Positions 1 through 4,288 of a stretch of DNA of 4,288 nucleotides are shown in pieces. How positions within the stretch are numbered: the stretch's first letter is position 1; the number at the start of each line of letters is the position of its first letter. The notes under the pieces were generated by a model. That model worked only from the letters and a program-made list of their open reading frames with translations. It was not told the origin of the DNA and did no database searches. This DNA is from a virus (lineage: Duplodnaviria; Heunggongvirae; Uroviricota; Caudoviricetes), in the IMG/VR virus record IMGVR_UViG_2617270945_000001, positions 1 through 4,288 of that record, one strand, 5' to 3'. The position numbers and the translations under genes are program-made.

Positions 1-26
1 CCTTACCCTCTTCAGGCGCGTGTCGT

Positions 27-60
27 GATTTTCTAACCTGTATTTAACGGGCTTTAAAAT
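27..60 (+). promoter_or_regulatory. Candidate late promoter upstream of the protease/scaffold gene: -10-like TAAAAT at 55-60 with only a poor -35 match (ttctaa, 31-36)
   Basis: Seen: TAAAAT hexamer at 55-60 in the about 115-nt non-coding stretch before the ATG at 153; no good TTGACA-like -35. Established: Mu transcribes its late genes from activator (C)-dependent promoters, one located upstream of I, that lack a strong -35. Assigning this site as that promoter is inference. Confidence 0.2.
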
Positions 61-134
61 CTGCGTGAAGCGCCTTTCTCATTTTTCCCCTGTCAGCACT
101 TTCTGAAGTCCCGCAAAACCGGCCCTGAAAAACA

Positions 135-151
135 CCGGCTTATGCTGCCGG
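135..151 (+). promoter_or_regulatory. Small 5'-UTR hairpin (ccggc-ttatgct-gccgg) abutting the gpI-like start codon
   Basis: Seen: 5-bp GC stem 135-139/147-151 with a 7-nt loop, ending 1 nt before the ATG at 153; the only purine-rich SD-like bases (GGA, 149-151) lie in the 3' arm. Function is inference. Confidence 0.25.
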
Positions 152-152
152 A

Positions 153-1277
153 ATGAAGACGAAAAACACGCCCAAACTTGCTTATGCCATTCTGAATGCC
201 ATCAGCCTGTCCGCAGACGGGGACGGTGACTGGTGTCAGATCATGCCAGCCGGTCGGGTAAAGGCCCGTGACGGTCGCCCGGAAAAACCGGCGGAAGGCT
301 GGCTGATTAACCATGCGGCCGTTGAGCGCATGGTATCCGGGGTCGTGGCACTCAATCAGCCGGTGAAGATTGACTATAACCACCAGTCACTGATTGAGGG
401 GCATGCGGCACCGGCTGCCGGTTTTGTCATGGCCTCGCCGGAGAACTTCCGTTTCAGTGAAGAGCGGGGTTTTGAAGTGCGTCCGAAGTGGAACCCTCCG
501 GCCATTGAACACCTGCGCAATAACGAATTTCCCTGGTTTTCCCCGGTGATTGGTTATGACGAAATCACCGGTGAACCTGTTGAGCTCCGGATGCTGGCTA
601 TTACCGGTGACCCCGGTCTGACTGGCATGAATCCTGTCGCCGCACTGTCGGCGGATGACCTTTATAACGCCTTAAACCCTCCTTTAAAGGACACCTCCAT
701 GAATGAGCAATTACGCCAGTTGCTGACGGCGCTCGGTCTGACCGTGGCTGACGGTGACGAATTTACGCCGGAACTGGGCACGGCGGCGCTGTCTGCCCTT
801 ACCGGGATCAAAACCCGTGCGGATGCGCACGACACCCTGAAAACGCAGGTTGCCAGCCTGTCGGCAGAGCTGGAAACCGCAAAAGGCACACCAACTGGCG
901 GCACTATTGATCTGACGAAATACGTGCCCGTTGAGACGTATAACGCCCTGCGTACCGAATATGTCGCGTTGTCGGCACAACACGGCAGCACCACGCTGGA
1001 GCAGTTGCTGGATAAGGCCGAGTCCGAAGGACGCATTTTCAAAAGCGAACGCGGATACATGGAAGGACTCGGACAACAGATTGGTGTTGCGGCACTTTCT
1101 GCACAGCTTGACGCCCGCCAGCCGGTTGCGGCTCTGACCACTCTTCAGACCGACACCGTGACCGTGCCGGATAAAAAGACCGCCACCGCTGTGCTGTCGG
1201 CTGAAGATATCGCCGCCGCCCATCTGCTGGGTAAAACCGAAGCCGAGTTCCTGAAAATGAAAGAGGAAATGCAATAA
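153..1277 (+). CDS. I: Mu gpI-like prohead protease/scaffold protein (374 aa)
   Basis: Long ORF with coding-like codon usage, immediately upstream of and overlapping (TAATG) the major head gene, as in Mu. Ala/Leu/Glu-rich, coiled-coil-like C-terminal half fits a scaffold domain. Family assignment is from recalled similarity to Mu-like prophage I proteins, not a search. The SD at the 153 start is weak, but no alternative in-frame start exists between the upstream stop (126-128) and 153. Confidence 0.8.
   Translation: MKTKNTPKLAYAILNAISLSADGDGDWCQIMPAGRVKARDGRPEKPAEGWLINHAAVERMVSGVVALNQPVKIDYNHQSLIEGHAAPAAGFVMASPENFRFSEERGFEVRPKWNPPAIEHLRNNEFPWFSPVIGYDEITGEPVELRMLAITGDPGLTGMNPVAALSADDLYNALNPPLKDTSMNEQLRQLLTALGLTVADGDEFTPELGTAALSALTGIKTRADAHDTLKTQVASLSAELETAKGTPTGGTIDLTKYVPVETYNALRTEYVALSAQHGSTTLEQLLDKAESEGRIFKSERGYMEGLGQQIGVAALSAQLDARQPVAALTTLQTDTVTVPDKKTATAVLSAEDIAAAHLLGKTEAEFLKMKEEMQ
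699..1277 (+). CDS. Z: Putative nested in-frame scaffold protein (Mu gpZ-like, 193 aa) from internal initiation within the gpI-like gene
   Basis: Seen: in-frame ATG at 699 preceded by AAGGA (687-691) with 7-nt spacing; downstream region is the coiled-coil-like C-terminal part. As far as I recall, Mu scaffold Z is made by internal initiation within I; applying that here is inference. Confidence 0.4.
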   Translation: MNEQLRQLLTALGLTVADGDEFTPELGTAALSALTGIKTRADAHDTLKTQVASLSAELETAKGTPTGGTIDLTKYVPVETYNALRTEYVALSAQHGSTTLEQLLDKAESEGRIFKSERGYMEGLGQQIGVAALSAQLDARQPVAALTTLQTDTVTVPDKKTATAVLSAEDIAAAHLLGKTEAEFLKMKEEMQ

Positions 1278-2224
1278 TGCCTACCCCGATTACACCGGCG
1301 ATGATCACCGCCCTGATGACGGGCTACCGTTCTGATTTTCAGGCCGGGATGTCCATGGCTCCGTCTCAGTACCAGAAAATTGCGATGACCGTACCGTCCA
1401 CGTCGAAATCCAACACCTACGGCTGGCTTGGGCAGTTCCCGCAGTTCCGTGAGTGGATCGGCTCCCGCGTCATCGAGAAGATGAAAGCCTATGGCTACGC
1501 CATCGTGAACAAAACCTTCGAAGGCACCGTCGCCATTAGCCGCGATGACTTCGAAGACGACAATCTTGGCATCTACTCCCCGTTGTTCCAGGAGATGGGG
1601 CGCGCTGCGGCGGCACAACCGGATGAACTGGTCTTTGCTGCACTGCGTGATGGTCTGAATGCGGCCTGCTATGACGGCCAGAACTTCTTTGATACCGAAC
1701 ACCCGGTTTACCCCAAAGTGGATAGCTCCGGGGATGCACAGATGGTCAGCAATATGTTTGTGGCAAAAACCGGCTCTGTCGGTGCACAGGCGGATTACAG
1801 TGGCCCGGCCTGGTATCTGCTCGACTGCTCCCGCGCGGTAAAACCGCTGATTTATCAGGATCGCCGTAAGGCCGAACTGGTTGCCCAGACAAAAGTCGAT
1901 GAAGGCCGTGCGTTTACTGATAACGAGTTTGTGTTCGGTGCTTCCGCCCGTCGCAATGTGGGCTACGGCTTCTGGCAGATGGCCTACATGATGCAGTCAC
2001 CGCTGACGCTGGATGCGCTGTGGCACGGCTGGTCAGCCATGCGTGACTTTAAGGCTGACGGTGGCCGCAAACTCGGCATCAAACCCACCCATATTGTTGT
2101 CCCCACCTCGCTGGAAAAACAGGCGGTGCAGCTGCTGGAGCGCGAGCTGTTCGCGGACGGTAACACCACCGTCTCTAACGAGATGAAGGGCAAGCTGGAG
2201 CTGGTTGTCGCGGATTATCTGTAA
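1277..2224 (+). CDS. T: Major head (capsid) subunit, Mu gpT-like (315 aa)
   Basis: Strong SD AAGAGGAAA (1261-1269) 7 nt upstream of the ATG at 1277, which overlaps the upstream TAA by 1 nt. Codon usage is strongly biased to preferred enterobacterial codons (ctg, ccg, gcg, cgt, ggc, acc), as expected for a highly expressed capsid gene. Size and position match Mu T; family assigned from recalled similarity. Confidence 0.88.
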   Translation: MPTPITPAMITALMTGYRSDFQAGMSMAPSQYQKIAMTVPSTSKSNTYGWLGQFPQFREWIGSRVIEKMKAYGYAIVNKTFEGTVAISRDDFEDDNLGIYSPLFQEMGRAAAAQPDELVFAALRDGLNAACYDGQNFFDTEHPVYPKVDSSGDAQMVSNMFVAKTGSVGAQADYSGPAWYLLDCSRAVKPLIYQDRRKAELVAQTKVDEGRAFTDNEFVFGASARRNVGYGFWQMAYMMQSPLTLDALWHGWSAMRDFKADGGRKLGIKPTHIVVPTSLEKQAVQLLERELFADGNTTVSNEMKGKLELVVADYL

Positions 2225-2231
2225 ACGGAGA

Positions 2232-2250
2232 GCCGGGCTTACGGCCCGGC
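2232..2250 (+). promoter_or_regulatory. GC-rich stem-loop (GCCGGGC-ttacg-GCCCGGC) in the 43-nt gap after the capsid gene; not a canonical intrinsic terminator
   Basis: Seen: perfect 7-bp all-GC stem with a 5-nt loop starting 8 nt after the gpT stop; no U-tract follows (ccctgcggagggcaaat). Sits just upstream of the SD (GGAGG, 2258-2262) of the next gene. Confidence 0.4.
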
Positions 2251-2267
2251 CCCTGCGGAGGGCAAAT

Positions 2268-2669
2268 ATGAATGAACATCACACTGTGGCAGCAACAGAT
2301 GATTCAGGTCTTCGGGTCAGTGGTGACAGTCCTGTCACGGTACTGGCAGAAGTGCGTTGCAGTCGTACGCAGTTTCGTCGTGCGGGGTTCCTGTTCATGC
2401 GGGGACGCCAGCAGGTTGACGTCACCCCGGAGCAGCTTGCCCGACTGGAAGCGGAGCCATGCCTCACTGTACGAATACTACAGACGACTGGTGATGATGC
2501 GGGAGCCGTGGCGGGTGTGGTTCATGCAGCGACCGGTGCAGATTTAGCTGAAGCCGAAGCCGAAGCCGAAGCCGAAGCCGAAGCCGAAGCCGAAGCCGAA
2601 GCCGGACAGGATGCTCCCCGGAAAAAGACCGGCAATAAAGCTAAACAGGAAAAAAAGGCGCGCGCATGA
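2268..2669 (+). CDS. Small protein in the Mup35 position (133 aa): N-terminal domain, (Glu-Ala)9 acidic linker, Lys-rich basic C-terminal tail
   Basis: SD GGAGG (2258-2262) 5 nt before the ATG at 2268; stop overlaps the next gene's start as ATGA (2666-2669). The open frame extends upstream to 2205, but 2268 is the first ATG with an SD. Amino-acid composition is normal for this frame, unlike the overlapping frame. Function unknown; position between T and the gp36-like gene matches Mu. Confidence 0.65.
   Translation: MNEHHTVAATDDSGLRVSGDSPVTVLAEVRCSRTQFRRAGFLFMRGRQQVDVTPEQLARLEAEPCLTVRILQTTGDDAGAVAGVVHAATGADLAEAEAEAEAEAEAEAEAEAGQDAPRKKTGNKAKQEKKARA
2547..2606 (+). repeat. In-frame hexanucleotide microsatellite: GCTGAA + (GCCGAA)x8 + GCCGGA, encoding (AE)9-AG
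   Basis: Seen directly: eight perfect tandem GCCGAA copies at 2553-2600, flanked by one degenerate unit on each side; in frame 0 it encodes alternating Ala-Glu. Confidence 0.95.
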
Positions 2670-3085
2670 ATTACGCCACCGAAACCGATATGCGGGCGCG
2701 TTACCGCGAGGATTTGCTCAGGCCATTACTGGCCGTGCCCCGTTCGGATGAACCGGACACGCGCAAGCTGAACCGGGCACTGACGGACGCGTCTGCCCTT
2801 ATCGACAGCTATCTGTCTTCCCGTTACACGCTGCCGCTGGCGGTGGTTCCGGCGGTCCTTGTTCAGCATTGCTGCACGATTGCCTTTTATTACCTGTGCG
2901 ATCAGCGGGCATCCGATCAGGCGCGTGACCGTTACCGTGAGGCGCTGGCCTGGCTGAAAGATGTCATGAACGGTAACGTGCCGGTCGGCGTGGATACAGA
3001 CGGTGCGGCCCCTGAATCCGGGGATTTACCGCAGGTGCAGTCTGATGCGGCGGTGTTCGGGCGCAACCAGAAGGGCTTTATATGA
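2666..3085 (+). CDS. Mu gp36-like protein (139 aa; gene J position), putative head completion / head-tail joining protein
   Basis: ATG at 2666 overlaps the upstream stop (ATGA); AAGG at 2655-2658 serves as SD. Stop overlaps the next start as ATGA (3082-3085). Position after T and Mup35 matches Mu gp36. Function is inferred from family and position. Confidence 0.75.
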   Translation: MNYATETDMRARYREDLLRPLLAVPRSDEPDTRKLNRALTDASALIDSYLSSRYTLPLAVVPAVLVQHCCTIAFYYLCDQRASDQARDRYREALAWLKDVMNGNVPVGVDTDGAAPESGDLPQVQSDAAVFGRNQKGFI

Positions 3086-3645
3086 TTACGGAAACCGAGC
3101 AGGCGTACATCGCCCGTATCCGTGAGTATTTCGGGAATGAACTGGTGTCTGTTGACACACATCCCGGCGACTGGAGCGACAGCGTACTGCGCACCATGCT
3201 GATTAACGCCCCGGCTATCTATGTTGCCTGGCTGGGTGCCGGTGAAGGGCGTACCCGTGGGCGTCTGGTCAGTCACTGGGTGTTCTACGTCATCGGCGAC
3301 ATGCTCAATGGCCGTGAGGTCAGCCGTCCCGGGCTTTATCAGATTGTGGCCCGCCTGATTACCGTGCTGGACGGCTTCAGAGCAGAAAAAACCTCACCGC
3401 TTTACTTTGAAAAGGCGGTCAACGGTTACACCGAAACGCAGGCAGGCAGCGGTGCCGTGATGTACGCCCTGTATTTCTCATGCGAGGAAATGATCGACCC
3501 GCTGACGGATATCAGCTCGCTGGATGATTTCCTGCGCCATTACGAAACCTTTACCGAACCGGAAGGCACGCCGGAGTTTAAGGCACACATCCGTCTGCCT
3601 GGTGCAACTGCCGCCGGTGAAAACGCCGGACCGTCAGAGGAATAA
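3082..3645 (+). CDS. Mu gp37-like protein (187 aa; gene K position), putative head/neck morphogenesis protein
   Basis: ATG at 3082 in an ATGA overlap, SD AAGGG at 3071-3075; coding-like composition; position matches Mu gp37. Exact function not determinable from sequence. Confidence 0.75.
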   Translation: MITETEQAYIARIREYFGNELVSVDTHPGDWSDSVLRTMLINAPAIYVAWLGAGEGRTRGRLVSHWVFYVIGDMLNGREVSRPGLYQIVARLITVLDGFRAEKTSPLYFEKAVNGYTETQAGSGAVMYALYFSCEEMIDPLTDISSLDDFLRHYETFTEPEGTPEFKAHIRLPGATAAGENAGPSEE

Positions 3646-3648
3646 CAG

Positions 3649-3927
3649 ATGACAACCATTTTTATTAAACCTGCGCCGGGATGCCTGATTCGCGATCCCG
3701 ACACGATGACTCCGCTCTCACAGGACGGTGAAGAGAAACCCTTCACCCCGTTCTGGTGCCGCCGTCTTAATGATGGCGACGTCATTGTGGTGGATAAAAC
3801 GGCGGAGCCTGCCCCGGCTGCCACAACTGCTAATACCGGCGAGGCTGCAAAACCAGCGGGAGCGGTAGCAGAAAAAACTGCGGCGGTGGCTGAAAAAACC
3901 GCAGCATCAGATAAGGGGACGTCCTGA
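3649..3927 (+). CDS. Small protein in the Mup38 position (92 aa) with an Ala/Lys/Thr-rich low-complexity C-terminal tail
   Basis: SD GAGGA (3637-3641) 7 nt before the ATG at 3649; its TGA overlaps the ATG of the tail sheath gene (TGATGA, 3925-3929). Contains the duplicated AVAEKTA motif. Confidence 0.65.
   Translation: MTTIFIKPAPGCLIRDPDTMTPLSQDGEEKPFTPFWCRRLNDGDVIVVDKTAEPAPAATTANTGEAAKPAGAVAEKTAAVAEKTAASDKGTS
3862..3903 (+). repeat. Two tandem 21-bp units, each encoding AVAEKTA, differing only at 4 synonymous third-codon positions
   Basis: Seen: gcg gta gca gaa aaa act gcg (3862-3882) versus gcg gtg gct gaa aaa acc gca (3883-3903), in frame with the 3649 ORF. Confidence 0.9.
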
Positions 3928-4288
3928 TGATTAACTTTGATTATATCGGCGATAACAATCGCATTCCGCTGGTACAGATTGAAATCAATAATTCAATGGC
4001 CGTGACCGGCACTCCACCACAGCGTCAGGCGGTACTGTTGTTTGGTCAGGCTGCAATGAAAGACACTACCATTCAGGGGCGCGGTCAGCTTGATGTACCA
4101 GTACGTATTACCCGAGCTTCACAAGCAAGAGAACTCTGGGGGCGAGGTTCCATGATTGCACTGATGGTAGAGGAATTTATCGCCATTAACCCTGACACAG
4201 AGTTATATGCCATTGCACAGGGGGCTGGAACAGGTCAGTCCAGGGCATGCGTGATGAATATCATTGGAACAGCATTGGCAGACGGGGT
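3927..4288 (+). CDS. L: Tail sheath protein, N-terminal part (Mu gpL-like), 3'-truncated by the window edge
   Basis: Open frame from the ATG at 3927 to the window end (120 codons, no stop); SD-like AAGGGG at 3913-3918. N-terminal motifs (IPLVQIEINN...; ...VMNIIGTALADG) resemble the N-terminal region of contractile tail sheath proteins (from memory, P2 FI has ...VQVLEINEG... and ...NIIGTTDENG). Position matches Mu L. Confidence 0.75.
   Translation, partial: MINFDYIGDNNRIPLVQIEINNSMAVTGTPPQRQAVLLFGQAAMKDTTIQGRGQLDVPVRITRASQARELWGRGSMIALMVEEFIAINPDTELYAIAQGAGTGQSRACVMNIIGTALADG

Noticed and set aside
1-36. Possible 3' end of the upstream gene (gpG position in Mu), reading ...PYPLQARVVIF* in frame 1
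   Set aside because: Only about 12 codons are visible and all three frames hit stops within 45 nt, so the frame and identity cannot be supported from this window.
93-383. Minus-strand ORF (96 aa) overlapping the gpI-like start region
   Set aside because: Overlaps the 5' end of the supported gpI-like CDS on the opposite strand; no supporting signals; likely spurious.
681-690. Perfect 10-bp palindrome CCTTTAAAGG just upstream of the internal ATG at 699
   Set aside because: It has no loop, so it cannot form a hairpin; it lies within coding sequence (P-L-K) and overlaps the putative internal SD. Most likely coincidental, and noted only as context for the nested-start hypothesis.
931-1137. Plus-strand alternative-frame ORFs inside supported genes (931-1137, 68 aa; also 1659-1841, 60 aa)
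   Set aside because: Out of frame within supported genes, with Cys/Arg/Trp-rich composition; no SD.
711-1274. Minus-strand ORF (187 aa) and the overlapping minus-strand ORF 662-1141 (159 aa), antisense to the gpI-like gene
   Set aside because: Fully embedded antisense to a well-supported CDS; Arg/Gly/Cys/Ser-rich composition typical of antisense reads of GC-rich coding DNA; no SD or operon context.
1145-1702. Minus-strand ORF (185 aa) antisense to the gpI/gpT junction, plus minus-strand ORFs 1039-1308, 1536-1739, 1984-2193, 2279-2467, 2932-3276 and 3540-3824
   Set aside because: All lie antisense within strongly supported plus-strand genes, have Arg/His/Gly-rich low-plausibility composition, and have no convincing ribosome-binding sites. 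They are treated as shadows of the coding strand.
2232-2250. Rho-independent terminator after the capsid gene
   Set aside because: The stem is GC-rich but is not followed by a U-tract, and the next gene's SD and ATG follow within 20 nt. More likely an attenuator or stability element, reported as such rather than as a terminator.
2272-2547. Alternative-frame ORF (91 aa, MNITLWQQQ...) starting at an ATG 4 nt after the 2268 start and sharing the same SD
   Set aside because: Its amino-acid composition is typical of an out-of-frame read (6 Trp in 91 residues, Arg/Ser/Cys-rich), it stops just before the hexamer repeat, and it leaves a 119-nt gap before the next gene. The 2268 frame has normal composition and ends in an ATGA overlap with the gp36-like gene. 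High GC3 in the alternative frame is a caveat, so N-terminal proteomics would settle it.
2547-2606. Possibility that the tandem repeat is a CRISPR array or other non-coding repeat
   Set aside because: Units are 6 bp with no spacers, perfectly in frame inside an ORF, and encode alternating Glu-Ala; this is a coding microsatellite.
1-4288. Search for defence or anti-defence systems, toxin-antitoxin pairs, integrase or transposase, tRNA or CRISPR in the window
   Set aside because: Every substantial ORF is accounted for by a syntenic Mu-like head/neck/tail gene on one strand with coupled junctions. No intergenic space or divergent gene suggests an inserted cargo gene, and no tRNA-like or CRISPR-like structure was seen. 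Claiming a novel system here would not be supported by the sequence.

Overview
This window reads as one contiguous, same-strand (+) late morphogenesis operon of a Mu-like (Muvirus-type) phage or prophage. Family assignments are from recalled protein features and the conserved Mu gene order, not from a database search. The order is: prohead protease/scaffold (Mu gpI-like, 153-1277, with a probable nested in-frame scaffold start at 699), major head subunit (gpT-like, 1277-2224), a small gene in the Mup35 position carrying an in-frame (GCCGAA)8 microsatellite (2268-2669), gp36-like (2666-3085), gp37-like (3082-3645), a small gp38-position gene (3649-3927), and the 5' part of a tail sheath gene (gpL-like, 3927 to window end). 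Every junction but one is a stop/start overlap (TAATG, ATGA, ATGA, TGATGA). The exception is a 43-nt gap after the capsid gene that holds a GC-rich hairpin. Codon usage is enterobacterial-like. I see no recognisable defence, toxin, integrase, tRNA, CRISPR or cargo gene, so this looks like a conserved structural module rather than an accessory island. The observations worth a second look are small-scale: a dnaX-type A_AAA_AAG slippery heptamer placed so that a -1 shift would fuse the Mup35-like and gp36-like proteins, the (EA)n repeat, a 21-bp tandem duplication differing only at synonymous sites, and a GC drop at the head-to-tail boundary.
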